A DNA stretch of 64,000 nt. Source: Gemmatimonadales bacterium (GTDB taxonomy: Bacteria; Gemmatimonadota; Gemmatimonadetes; Gemmatimonadales; GWC2-71-9). Location of the stretch: assembly GCA_050184075.1 (NCBI GenBank), contig JBFXAS010000003.1:1856-65855 (forward strand), written 5' to 3'. This document shows positions 1-9,068 of the stretch, piece by piece (position 1 is the first letter of the stretch; every line of letters begins with the position of its first letter). The position numbers were made by a program, and so were the translations under genes. The notes under the pieces were generated by a model. That model searched no databases. It saw nothing but the letters and a program-made list of their open reading frames with translations, and was not told the origin of the DNA.

Positions 1-768
1 AACCGTGCCCTCGCTGCCTAACGACGTCTCCAGCGCCCGCGCCAGCTCCCCCCAACCCGGCACCGGGCTCCCCCAGCGGCGCCGGGCCATGGTCCCGCTC
101 AGGGGAATCGCCGCGCTCCCCCCGTTCTGGAAGGCGAGCAGCTCGAGCCGGTCGTGCGGGAGGTGGCCGTGGAGCACGCCCGAGAGCCGCCGCACCAGCT
201 CCGCCCCCGTCGGCGCCTCGGACACCGTCCGGAGCAGCGCCTCGGGCAGGTCCTCCTCGCTCGGCCGGCAGACGATCGCGCTCGGCTCCGCTTTGCCTCG
301 GATCGCCCGGGACAACGGATCGAGCGTCGCGTGGAGCTGGGCGGCGAGCTGCTGGAGCTGGCGAACCTGGGTCGGTCCGTAGGCGCCCGGGTCGAAGGTC
401 CCCACCAGCGCGAGCCCGACGTCCCGCTCCACCCCGTGAATCGGAACGGCCACCGTCGAGGCGTAGGACGCCCGGCGGAGCGTCTCCTCCAGCTCGAACA
501 GCTCGTCCTGGGAGAGGAAGGGCTCGGGCGTGGGAACGGCGAGGTGGTCTTCGGCCAGGGCCTCGGGGCCCAACAGCACCGGCGCGCCGTGCTCGGGAAA
601 GACCCAGAGGCCGAAGAGCTGGTGGGGGATCACGCTCCCGATCAGGCTCGACACGGCCAGATGCCAGGTCGAGATCGCCACCGGGTCGGCCCCACCAGGA
701 GACGCCGGCAGCCGGGGAACCAGAAGGTCCCCCGGATGAGCCGGGGCGGAGGGGGCGAGCGGAGCCAT
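1..768 (-). CDS. GAF-like sensory domain protein, N-terminal part (gene runs off the left edge)
   Basis: Absent from the ORF track because it has no stop inside the window. Reverse-strand reading from ATG 768..766 (GGAG about 9 nt upstream) stays open to position 1 with very high GC3: MAPLAPSAPAHPGDLLVPRLPAS...FPEHGAPVLLGPEALAEDHLAVP...STVAVPIHGVERDVGLALVGTFDPGAY. The + ORFs 5..382 and 154..834 are its Arg-rich shadows. The GAF assignment is by sequence resemblance only. Confidence 0.6.
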   Translation of the reverse strand, partial: MAPLAPSAPAHPGDLLVPRLPASPGGADPVAISTWHLAVSSLIGSVIPHQLFGLWVFPEHGAPVLLGPEALAEDHLAVPTPEPFLSQDELFELEETLRRASYASTVAVPIHGVERDVGLALVGTFDPGAYGPTQVRQLQQLAAQLHATLDPLSRAIRGKAEPSAIVCRPSEEDLPEALLRTVSEAPTGAELVRRLSGVLHGHLPHDRLELLAFQNGGSAAIPLSGTMARRRWGSPVPGWGELARALETSLGSEGTV

Positions 769-1081
769 GGCGACAGTCTCCGGAGCAGAAGCTATGCCCT
801 CCGGGGCGGGTCCCGCTATCTCGTTGTCTTATAGGGGCTTATAGTGCCGCGCCGAAGCCACAGGTGGGCAGTGTTCCGCACGGTCTCTGTCAGACTCGGT
901 CCACGCCCTCCGGACCTCCGGATCTCGCTGAGGATGCCGTGCCCGGTGCAGGGGATCGGGCCGATCCACCACCCACGAGCCGCGTGACGTCGAGGCCGGC
1001 GAGCACACCCTCGATCTCCCGCACCCCTCGCCTCTGGGACCCCGGGGTCGAGCGGGGTGCCCACCGACTTCGTTTCGGATG

Positions 1082-2620
1082 TCATGGCCGGGCGGCCGGC
1101 AAGCTGCCGGCGGGCGCCTGTTCGGCGCGAGCGATGTCGCGCACCACGGTCCGGGCGGCGAGCAGGGTGATCAGACCGCCGACCAGGGCCGCGGCGGGGA
1201 GCAGGTAGATCGCGCGCGCCAGCCCGAACCGGTCGGAGAGACTGCCGACCAGGGGGAACGCGATCGAGTCGCCCGCCACGTGGATGAAGAGCAGATAGGC
1301 GCCCATCACCGTGGTGCCGATTCGGGCCGGCACCACGTCGAACACGGTGGCGGTGAGGGGTCCGTTGTAGAGCGTGAGGAAGAAGAAGCCGGCGTAGAAG
1401 AGGGGCATGAAGACCGCCGGGTCCCTCGTGCCGAGGAGCCAGAACGCGATCGGGACCCCGATGACGAAACCCGCCGCGCTCACCAGCACCCGGGCCTCGG
1501 GAATCCGCTTGCGGATCAGGTCGGCGATCCAGCCGCCGGCGAGCGTGCCGGCGGTGCCGGCCACCAGACCGGCCACGCCGAGCAAACGGGTGGCCTCGGC
1601 GGTGCTCAAGGCGAGCGTGCGGGTGATGAAGACCGGCGCCCACGCCACCAGCCCGTTCATCCCGAACGAGATCAGCGCGCCCCCGACGAAAGCGTAGACC
1701 AGGGTCGGGGTTCGGAGCACCAGGGCGAAGGCGCGCTCCAGGTCGGCCACCGCGGCGTCGACCATCTCGTCGCCCGGGTCCGCGGGGACGTCGCCTTCGA
1801 GCCGGCTCGAGCGCTTCCGCCAGAGCCGGATGTTCCAGACCAGGCCGAGGCCGACGATGGCGCTGAACGCGGCGCCGTCGGTGTGGGAGTCGGCGCCCAT
1901 GAATCGGTCCAGCAGAAAGGCGGCGACGCTGCCGAGCCCCACGCTGAGGAGCAAGGGCGCCGACACCTTGGCCAGCGAGCCCACGCCAACGCCCAAGTCG
2001 CGGAGCTCGCGCCAGAGCATGTTGAGGGGTCGTGGCCGGGCCGGGTCCTCCAAGCGCAGCACCAGCGCGGCGAGCCCGAATCCCGGAATCGCGAGCGCGA
2101 GGAAGGTCACCCTCCAGCCATAGAACGGCTCGAGCTGGCCCGCCACCATGATGCCGAGCACCCCGCCGACCGCCAGGCCCGCCATGAACACGCCCATCGC
2201 GAAGGCCCGGGCCTTTCCCGGGAAGTAGTCCGCCACCAGCGACGCCGAGGCCGCGGCCGCCGCCGCGCCGCCGAAGCCGACCAAGGCCCGCGCCGCGAAC
2301 ATCGACCCGAAGCCGAGCGCCAGGCCGGAGAGCGCGGTCCCGACGCTCCAGGCCACGATCCCGCCCGCGATCACGGCGCGCCGGGAGCGGAGGTCGCCCA
2401 GGAGGCCGAGCGGCAGGGCGGCGAGCGAGAAGACCAGGACGTAGGCGGTGCCGAGCCAGCCGAGCTCGGCGTCGGTCAGGCCGAGATCGCGCTTGATCGG
2501 CTCGAACACCGCGAAGATCGCGTTGCGCTCGAGATAATTGAGGAGATTCGTCGCCGTCAGGATGGCGAGCGCGTAGGCCGCGCCGGGCGGCCGGGTCCTC
2601 GGCTTGGGCTCCTCGGTCAC
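1082..2620 (-). CDS. MFS transporter (Spinster-like subfamily)
   Basis: ORF 1082..2851 contains [64 protein letters not shown] and about 12 hydrophobic segments. I trimmed the start to GTG 2620..2618, which overlaps the upstream stop as GTGA. Confidence 0.85.
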   Translation of the reverse strand: MTEEPKPRTRPPGAAYALAILTATNLLNYLERNAIFAVFEPIKRDLGLTDAELGWLGTAYVLVFSLAALPLGLLGDLRSRRAVIAGGIVAWSVGTALSGLALGFGSMFAARALVGFGGAAAAAASASLVADYFPGKARAFAMGVFMAGLAVGGVLGIMVAGQLEPFYGWRVTFLALAIPGFGLAALVLRLEDPARPRPLNMLWRELRDLGVGVGSLAKVSAPLLLSVGLGSVAAFLLDRFMGADSHTDGAAFSAIVGLGLVWNIRLWRKRSSRLEGDVPADPGDEMVDAAVADLERAFALVLRTPTLVYAFVGGALISFGMNGLVAWAPVFITRTLALSTAEATRLLGVAGLVAGTAGTLAGGWIADLIRKRIPEARVLVSAAGFVIGVPIAFWLLGTRDPAVFMPLFYAGFFFLTLYNGPLTATVFDVVPARIGTTVMGAYLLFIHVAGDSIAFPLVGSLSDRFGLARAIYLLPAAALVGGLITLLAARTVVRDIARAEQAPAGSLPAARP

Positions 2621-3762
2621 GTGCCGCCGACGGACTTCGCTTCTTGCGCCCGGTTGTCCCGGAACTCGCGAGCCGCCCGGTACTCCATCACCAGCCGGTG
2701 CATCATCGCCTCCCGCCGCTCGTAGAGCCGCTTGGGCGGGCGCCGCTCCCGGCGGGCCAGCGCATGCGCGGTGAGCAGCGGCAGCCCGATCGTGGTGTCG
2801 GTGTAGCAGACCACCGTGCCGGGCAGCATGTCGGGATCGATCTTGCCCCAACTCACCGCCTCGCCGGGCGTCGCGCCCGAGAGCCCGCCCGTGTCGGGTC
2901 GGGCGTCGGTCAGCTGGAGGAAGTAGTCGTGCCCCCGCTCGTCGATCCCGAGCACCTCCTGGATCTGCGGCTCGGTCTGGAGGATGAAGTTCTTGGGGCT
3001 CCCGCCCCCCACGATCAGCGCCGCGCTCTTCCCGCCGCTCCGCTTGGCGTCGAGCACGATCGCGGTGGTCTCGTTCACGTCGGCGCTCACGTTGAAGCGG
3101 AGCGCGTTCCCGTTGAGCGAGAGCTCGGCCACGTTCATCCCGATCGAGCTGTCGCCGGGGGAGCTGGTGTAGATCGGCACCGCCAGCTCGTGCGCCACGC
3201 TCAGGAGCGAGCGGCCCGTGATCCCGAGCGCCTCTTCGCGCTGCCGGAGGTACCCGCCCAGCAGATAGTGATACTCCGCGCTGCTCATCGGCCGCTGGAA
3301 CTCCGGCAGCTGCGACACCTCCCGAATGAAGAGGTCGGTGGCCAGCAGCACCGAGTAATCGAAGAACACGTCGTAGATCCGGACCACCCCCTTGTCCCGA
3401 AGCTCGACGTCGTTGGCGAACGGACTGCCCTGATGGAGCGAGAGCCCCAGGGCGAAATGGGCGTCGTGATAGAGATTGGCCCCCGTCGAGACGATCCAGT
3501 CGACGAAGCCGGCCTCGAGCAGCGGGATGATGGTGCTCATCCCGAGCCCGGCCGGGGTCATCGCGCCGGTCAGGCTCATGCCCACCGTCACCTCCGGCTC
3601 GAGCATCCGCCCGGAGAAGAGCTGGCAGGCCTCTCGCAGCCGCCCGGCGTTGTAAGCCAGGAAGGCGTTGTCGATCAGATCGGCGGCGCTCTCCTGGCCG
3701 CTGATCGGATTCGGGCGGATGCGCTTGCCGCTGAGATGGGATCTCGAGGGCGTGGCGGCCAT
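2617..3762 (-). CDS. deoxyhypusine synthase family protein (bacterial DHS-like / homospermidine-synthase-like)
   Basis: 381 aa. Typical DHS blocks: [72 protein letters not shown]. Confidence 0.85.
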   Translation of the reverse strand: MAATPSRSHLSGKRIRPNPISGQESAADLIDNAFLAYNAGRLREACQLFSGRMLEPEVTVGMSLTGAMTPAGLGMSTIIPLLEAGFVDWIVSTGANLYHDAHFALGLSLHQGSPFANDVELRDKGVVRIYDVFFDYSVLLATDLFIREVSQLPEFQRPMSSAEYHYLLGGYLRQREEALGITGRSLLSVAHELAVPIYTSSPGDSSIGMNVAELSLNGNALRFNVSADVNETTAIVLDAKRSGGKSAALIVGGGSPKNFILQTEPQIQEVLGIDERGHDYFLQLTDARPDTGGLSGATPGEAVSWGKIDPDMLPGTVVCYTDTTIGLPLLTAHALARRERRPPKRLYERREAMMHRLVMEYRAAREFRDNRAQEAKSVGGT

Positions 3763-3848
3763 CGAACGACCTCTCTGGCTCGAGTGGGAGTCGATCGGCC
3801 GGGAGAGCGCCCGGCCGCGCGGGCGGGGAAGTTAGCCCGCCGCTCGCG

Positions 3849-4580
3849 TTAGGCGGAACTCGGCTTTCGTCGCCCGACGATCGCCTCGACCACCGCCTCC
3901 GGCGTGTCCACCACCTGGAACATCTCGAGGTCCGCCTGGTCGATCTTGCCTTCGGCCAGCACCGTCTCCCGGAGCCAGCCCACCAGCGGGCGCCAGAAGG
4001 CCCGGCCCACCAGCACGATCGGGATCGGCGGCATCTTCCCCGTCTGGACCAGGGTCAGGAACTCGAACAGCTCGTCCAGGGTCCCGTAGCCGCCCGGAAA
4101 CGCCACCAGCGCCCGGGAGTACTTGGCCAGCATGGTCTTCCGCACGAAGAAGAAGCGGAAAAACATCTTCCGCCGGACGTAGCGGTTGGTGTCCTGCTCG
4201 TGGGGCAGCTCGATGTTGGCGCCGATCGAGAGCCCGTTGCCCTCGACCGCCCCTTTGTTGCCCGCCTCCATCACTCCAGGACCGCCTCCGGTGATCACCG
4301 GGAACCCGGCTTGGGCCAGGCGACGACAGGTCTCCACCGCGGTCTGATAGAAGGGGTCGGCCTCCGAGGTCCGGGCCGAGCCGATCACGGTCACCGCGTC
4401 CTGAACGTCGCCGAGGCGCTCGAAGCCCTCGACGAACTCGCCCATGATCCGGAGCACCCGCCACGGATCGGTCTTCCGGAAGGCGTCGGGCCGCTCCGGC
4501 GGAACGGACTTGTCGAAGAGCAGCTCGTCGGCGGTCGGGCCCGCCGGCCCGGCGCTGTGGTGTATCCGTCGGTCGTCCAC
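3849..4580 (-). CDS. LOG family protein (TIGR00730-type; cytokinin riboside 5'-monophosphate phosphoribohydrolase-like)
   Basis: 243 aa with the LOG signatures VITGGGPGVMEAGNKGA and VAFPGGYGTLDELFE. Confidence 0.85.
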   Translation of the reverse strand: MDDRRIHHSAGPAGPTADELLFDKSVPPERPDAFRKTDPWRVLRIMGEFVEGFERLGDVQDAVTVIGSARTSEADPFYQTAVETCRRLAQAGFPVITGGGPGVMEAGNKGAVEGNGLSIGANIELPHEQDTNRYVRRKMFFRFFFVRKTMLAKYSRALVAFPGGYGTLDELFEFLTLVQTGKMPPIPIVLVGRAFWRPLVGWLRETVLAEGKIDQADLEMFQVVDTPEAVVEAIVGRRKPSSA

Positions 4581-4641
4581 TCGTCGATCCGTTCGGTTCT
4601 TGGAAGGGGCGAATAATAAGCGGTGTCTCTAAGTTTCCCCG

Positions 4642-4917
4642 ATGCCGGAACAGCAAAGTCACGGATCCTGGGCCGGCCTCGCGGCTCGTCTCGCCGTCCG
4701 CGGCCTGGTGAACCCGCGGCTGGCCCTCGACCTCCTCAAGACGGGCTGGGCCTTTCGCCGGCGCCGCTGGTGGAGGGTGGCGCCGTTCCTCCCGCTCCCG
4801 GACCCGACCTATCTGCGCTGGCGGATGTACACCGCCTACGGCGACGAGCGCGCCGTCCCGCCGCTCGAGGACGTGATCCGCTTCGCCCGCTGGCGCCGCC
4901 AGACGATGGGACTGTGA
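4642..4917 (+). CDS. small conserved-looking hypothetical protein (91 aa), translationally coupled to NDH-2
   Basis: ATG ORF with high GC3 and a non-shadow composition (LPLPDPTYLRWRMYTAYGDERAVPPLEDVIRFARW). Its stop TGA 4915..4917 overlaps GTG 4914, the NDH-2 start. No SD; a TAAGTT box ends 6 nt before the ATG. Confidence 0.6.
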   Translation: MPEQQSHGSWAGLAARLAVRGLVNPRLALDLLKTGWAFRRRRWWRVAPFLPLPDPTYLRWRMYTAYGDERAVPPLEDVIRFARWRRQTMGL

Positions 4918-6194
4918 GCGCCCGCCCGAAGGTGGTCGTCCTGGGCGGCGGCTTCGCCGGCCTCCACGTGGCCAAGCGGCTCGCCAACGCCGCCGTGGAC
5001 GTGCTGGTGATCGACCGCAACAACCACCACCTCTTTCAGCCCCTCCTCTATCAGATCGCCACGGCGGCCCTCTCGCCCGAGCAGATCGCCTCCCCGATCC
5101 GCTCGGTGCTCCGCCACGCGAAGAACGTGGAGGTCCTCCTCGCCGAGGCGACCGCGGTCGATCCGGCCGCCCGTACCGTCAAGCTCGCCGACGGCGCCGC
5201 CGTCCCCTACGACTACCTGGTGGTCGCCACCGGCGCCCGGCATTCCTATTTCGGACGGGATCAATGGGAGGAGCGCGCGCCGGGCTTGAAGAGCCTCGAG
5301 GACGCCTTCGAGATCCGGCGTCGGGTGCTGCTCGCCTTCGAGCGGGCCGAGCGCGAGAAGGACCCCGTCGTCCGGCAGCGGCACCTGACCTTCGTCGTGA
5401 TCGGGGGTGGGCCCACCGGCGTGGAGCTGGCCGGGGCGCTCGCCGAGATCCGCCAGAAGGCGCTCGACCGCGACTTCCGCCGGATCGACCCCCGCGACGC
5501 GACCGTGATGCTGCTCGAGGGCGGCCCGAGGCTGCTGCCCTCCTATCCTCCGGCGCTCAGCCAGAGAGCCAAGGACTCCCTCCGCGGACTCGGGGTCGAC
5601 GTGCGCACCGAGACCATGGTCACCGACATCGCCGAGGGCTTCGTCACCGCCGCCGATTGGCGGATCCCCGCCGATACCGTGATCTGGGCGGCGGGCAACG
5701 TCGCGAGCCCGCTGATCCGCTCGATCGGCGGACCGGTCGACCGCCAGGGCCGCGCCCTGGTCGAGGCCGACTGCTCGGTGGCCGGCCACCCCGAGATCTT
5801 CGTCCTCGGGGACGCGGCCTGCTACGCGCACCAGCCCGGCTTCGAGGCGCTGCCGGGCATCTGCCCGGCGGCGATGCAGATGGGCCGCTACGTCGGCGGG
5901 TTGATCCGGGCCGAGGCCGGTCGCAAGCCCGCGCCGATGCGGCCCCCTTTCCGATACCGGGACAAGGGTCAGCTCGCGGTGATCGGACGGGGGCGCGCCG
6001 TCGCCGATCTGGGGCGGATCCGGGCGGGCGGCTTCGTCGCGTGGCTGCTCTGGATCTTCGTCCACATCTTCTTCCTGATCGGCTTCCGCAACCGGGTGCT
6101 GGTGCTGATCGAGTGGGCCTGGTCGTACGTCACGCTCCGGCGCGGCGCGCGCCTGATCACCGGGTCCTGGCGCCCCGGCGGCGCGTCGACCTGA
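4914..6194 (+). CDS. ndh: type II NADH:quinone oxidoreductase (NDH-2)
   Basis: Track ORF 4623..6194 trimmed to GTG 4914. The protein then begins VSARPKVVVLGGGFAGLHVAKRL (first Rossmann GxGxxG). A second dinucleotide fold is FVVIGGGPTGVELAG, and the C-terminal membrane-anchor region is present. Confidence 0.88.
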   Translation: MSARPKVVVLGGGFAGLHVAKRLANAAVDVLVIDRNNHHLFQPLLYQIATAALSPEQIASPIRSVLRHAKNVEVLLAEATAVDPAARTVKLADGAAVPYDYLVVATGARHSYFGRDQWEERAPGLKSLEDAFEIRRRVLLAFERAEREKDPVVRQRHLTFVVIGGGPTGVELAGALAEIRQKALDRDFRRIDPRDATVMLLEGGPRLLPSYPPALSQRAKDSLRGLGVDVRTETMVTDIAEGFVTAADWRIPADTVIWAAGNVASPLIRSIGGPVDRQGRALVEADCSVAGHPEIFVLGDAACYAHQPGFEALPGICPAAMQMGRYVGGLIRAEAGRKPAPMRPPFRYRDKGQLAVIGRGRAVADLGRIRAGGFVAWLLWIFVHIFFLIGFRNRVLVLIEWAWSYVTLRRGARLITGSWRPGGAST

Positions 6195-7114
6195 TGACGG
6201 CACTCATCGACCGGCTCGACGCCAAGGTCGCCGAGCTCGGATTTCTCGCCTGGGGCGTCGCCGATCTGGCCCCGAGCCGCCGCGCGGAGGCGCTCGACGA
6301 CTGGCTCGCCCGGGGCTACGGCGGCACCATGCGCTATCTCCACCGCCAGGCCCGGAAGCGGAAGCAACCCGCCGAGATCGTGCCCGGCGCGCGCACCGCG
6401 GTGATGGTGCTCGACAACTACCTCCCGCCGCCCGCGGACCGTCCCGGCGTCAAGGTGGCCAAGTACGCCCTCGGTCGGGACTACCATGCCGAGCTGACCG
6501 GGCGGCTCGAAGGCCTGGCCTCGGCGCTGCGCGGCGAGGGAGCCGGCGTCACCCGGGTGTTCGCGGACGCCGGGCCGGTTCCCGAGCGGGAGCTGGCGGA
6601 GCGCGCCGGCCTCGGCTGGATCGGCAAGAACGGGATGCTGATCCGCCGTGACGCGGGCTCCTTCTTCTTCATCGGCGCGGTATTCTCGGATCTCGCTCTG
6701 CCCGCGGCGCCCTCGGTGGAGACCGATCACTGCGGCAGCTGCACCCGCTGCCTCGAGGCCTGCCCGACCGAGGCCTTCGTGGCGCCGCGGGTGCTCGACG
6801 CCACCCGGTGCATCTCCTACCTCACCATCGAGGCCAGGGGCCCGATTCCCGAGGAGCTGGCCGGCCGGTTCGAGGGCTGGGCCTTCGGGTGCGACATCTG
6901 CAACGACGTCTGTCCCTGGAACGAGAAGTTCGCCCGGCCGACCGCCAACCCCGCGTACCACGATCGCCTGGCGATCGATCGCGAGGACCCCGATTTCTTC
7001 GCCCGAATGACCGAGCCCGAGTTCACCCGTCGCTTCGGCGATACCCCGCTCGAGCGGCCCGGTCTCGCCGGGATGCGCCGCAACTTCGCGGCGGCCTTCC
7101 GCGCCCGTCCGTAG
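6194..7114 (+). CDS. queG: epoxyqueuosine reductase
   Basis: Track ORF 5264..7114 trimmed to ATG 6194 (TGATG junction with ndh). MTALIDRLDAKVAELGFLAWGV...; two 4Fe-4S motifs, CGSCTRCLEACPTEAF and CDICNDVCPWN. Confidence 0.88.
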   Translation: MTALIDRLDAKVAELGFLAWGVADLAPSRRAEALDDWLARGYGGTMRYLHRQARKRKQPAEIVPGARTAVMVLDNYLPPPADRPGVKVAKYALGRDYHAELTGRLEGLASALRGEGAGVTRVFADAGPVPERELAERAGLGWIGKNGMLIRRDAGSFFFIGAVFSDLALPAAPSVETDHCGSCTRCLEACPTEAFVAPRVLDATRCISYLTIEARGPIPEELAGRFEGWAFGCDICNDVCPWNEKFARPTANPAYHDRLAIDREDPDFFARMTEPEFTRRFGDTPLERPGLAGMRRNFAAAFRARP

Positions 7115-7146
7115 CCCGCTACTTCACCCGGAGAGCGTCAACGCCC

Positions 7147-7548
7147 ATGCCCATCGCGCACGTCCACTCGATCGCCATCTTCGTCACCGACCTCGAGCGG
7201 GCGATGGAGTTCTACCGCGACACGCTCGGCCTCACCGTGTCGAAAGAGGGATCCTTCGGCGGGGAGTTTTTCCTGGAGCCGGCCCACATCGGCGTGCACC
7301 CGGCCACCCACGCCGACGCCAAGTCGCTGGTCGGCCGGCACACCGGGATCACCCTCTATGCGCCGGGGCTGCTCCACTTCTGCGGCGAGCTCCACGAGCG
7401 GGGCGTCAAGTTTCTCTCGGAGCCCACTCAGATGTCCTGGGGCATCATGGCGATGATCGCCGGTCCGGAGGGGAATGTCTTCGCGCTGTGGGAGGACGAG
7501 CTGCCGACCGACGGCCCGGTGCCGGCGGAACCGCCCGAGGGAGCCTAA
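7147..7548 (+). CDS. VOC family protein (glyoxalase/bleomycin-resistance/dioxygenase fold)
   Basis: Trimmed to ATG 7147 (GGAGAG upstream). MPIAHVHSIAIFVTDLERAMEFYRDTLGLTV... is a typical VOC N-terminus; 133 aa. Confidence 0.8.
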   Translation: MPIAHVHSIAIFVTDLERAMEFYRDTLGLTVSKEGSFGGEFFLEPAHIGVHPATHADAKSLVGRHTGITLYAPGLLHFCGELHERGVKFLSEPTQMSWGIMAMIAGPEGNVFALWEDELPTDGPVPAEPPEGA

Positions 7549-9023
7549 CGCTCGGGGTCGCTGCCCAGCGACGACTCCAGCGAGTCGCCCGGGATCACCA
7601 CCCCCTCGGCGCCCAGCCGGCGGAACAGGTCGTACTCCGCCTGCCGGGCGTCCCAGACCCGCGTGCCGTTGTAGATCACCGAGACCAGCAGGACGCCGTC
7701 CTGGCGGCCGAGATAGCCGACCAGCGAGGCGACGTTGCCCAGGGTGCCGGTCTTGGCGCGGATCACGCCGCGCTCGGGGAGGCTGCTGCCCAGACGGGAG
7801 AGCGTGCCGGCGCCGTTCGGCGGGAGCAGGACGGGGAAGTTCCGGCCGCCGGGCGCGAGCGGGAAGCGCGCCATATAGGACACGAACGTGATCGGCGCGA
7901 CCCGATTCTCCGAGGAGAGCCCGCTGCCGTCCACCAGGCTCACCCCGTCGTAGTCGCCGGTGATCTGCCGGACGTGCGCCGTGAGCCGCTCGGCCGGTGC
8001 CGAGTCGCCCGCGGCGGCCCAGCGGAGCAAGAGCTCCGCGCCCACGTTGCTGCTCCGCCGATTGATCTCGGCCGCCACCGAGTCGAAGATCGGCGACCGG
8101 ACTTCGGCCAGCACCACGGGCGCGCGATGCTCGGCCGTGCTCATCGCCGGCGAGTGCACCCACTCGATCCCCACCTTCGCGAGTGCCGCGGCCCAGGCGG
8201 CCTCGAGCAGCGCCTTCGGGTCCGAGCTGGCCCGGGCGAGCGAGCGGGTGCCGGCCCGGTTCCCGATCGTGCCCGAAATCACGTAGCGACCGCCCCGATC
8301 GATCAGCCGGAGCCGATTGCGCCGCCCGGCCACGGTCTTGGCCGTCACCGTCACCAGCTGGCCGACCCCTTCCGGCGCGGCGCCGACCAGCACCGCGCGC
8401 GCGCCGATCTTCGCGGCGGGTGCCACGCTCACGGTGATCAGATTGCTGTTGACGGTGAGATTGCCGATCAGCGGCGCGAAGATCCGGCCCCGGTGCCGCC
8501 GCTCCCAACGGTCGGGCCAGCCCGCCTCGGCGAGGCCGATCGCGCTCACCAGAGTGAGGGGACCGGTCAGCTGGACGATGCCCCGGTCGCGCAGCTGCGC
8601 GGCGAGATCGGAGAGCCGGGGACCGTCTTCGGCCCGCTCCAGCGTGGGGTCGCCGTTGATCTCGAGCGCCCAGGTGCCCAGCCAGGCGCCGGTCTCGGCG
8701 TCCACCCGCCCGTCGCCCAGCACCCGGGTCGAGCGGCGGGCGTCGGCTCCCAGGACGCTCCTCGCGTAGCCCGTCGTGAGCAGCTTCACCGTCGAGGCCG
8801 GAATCATCGGCTTGGTGGGCTCCACCGCCCAGAGCAGCCGGCCCTGGTGGTCGGCCACCGCGATGCCCCACTCCCCCGGGGCGCGGCGGACCGCGGTCCG
8901 GAACCAGTCGTCAAGTTGCTCCTGGAGCGCGGGCTCCGGCGTCTTCGCGCGCTGCGCCGCCGCCGGAACGGCGGCGGCGACCAGCGCACTGGATGCGGCG
9001 AGGGAGCGCAGGAGGGGCTTCAT
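7545..9023 (-). CDS. dacB: D-alanyl-D-alanine carboxypeptidase/endopeptidase, PBP4 (peptidase S13) family
   Basis: 492 aa. Signal peptide MKPLLRSLAASSALVAAAVPAAAQ and the SxxK active site in IPASTVKLLTTGYA. Length and C-terminal KTGTL motif (RAKTGTLGNV) fit PBP4. Confidence 0.85.
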   Translation of the reverse strand: MKPLLRSLAASSALVAAAVPAAAQRAKTPEPALQEQLDDWFRTAVRRAPGEWGIAVADHQGRLLWAVEPTKPMIPASTVKLLTTGYARSVLGADARRSTRVLGDGRVDAETGAWLGTWALEINGDPTLERAEDGPRLSDLAAQLRDRGIVQLTGPLTLVSAIGLAEAGWPDRWERRHRGRIFAPLIGNLTVNSNLITVSVAPAAKIGARAVLVGAAPEGVGQLVTVTAKTVAGRRNRLRLIDRGGRYVISGTIGNRAGTRSLARASSDPKALLEAAWAAALAKVGIEWVHSPAMSTAEHRAPVVLAEVRSPIFDSVAAEINRRSSNVGAELLLRWAAAGDSAPAERLTAHVRQITGDYDGVSLVDGSGLSSENRVAPITFVSYMARFPLAPGGRNFPVLLPPNGAGTLSRLGSSLPERGVIRAKTGTLGNVASLVGYLGRQDGVLLVSVIYNGTRVWDARQAEYDLFRRLGAEGVVIPGDSLESSLGSDPER

Positions 9024-9068
9024 CGACTCCGGTTACTACGAGGGTCCCAGGGCGACCGTTTCCGGGTG

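Noticed and set aside
890-1024. 44-codon minus-strand ORF (VREIEGVLAGLDVTRLVGGG...) just after the MFS stop, in the same frame as the MFS gene.
   Set aside because: Only the first roughly 20 codons have coding-like GC3 and the remainder is Ser/Arg/Gly-rich. No SD and no recognisable family. It may be a decayed C-terminal remnant, but I cannot support this.
4623-6194. N-terminal extensions of real genes as given in the ORF track. Examples: 4623..6194, 5264..7114, 6808..7548, 16581..18275, 29656..32511, 45029..47899, 48963..51767, 53178..54176, 59230..62364.
   Set aside because: The extended parts overlap the preceding gene and have shadow-like composition. The recognisable protein begins at an internal ATG/GTG/TTG, usually with an SD or a 4-nt stop/start overlap.
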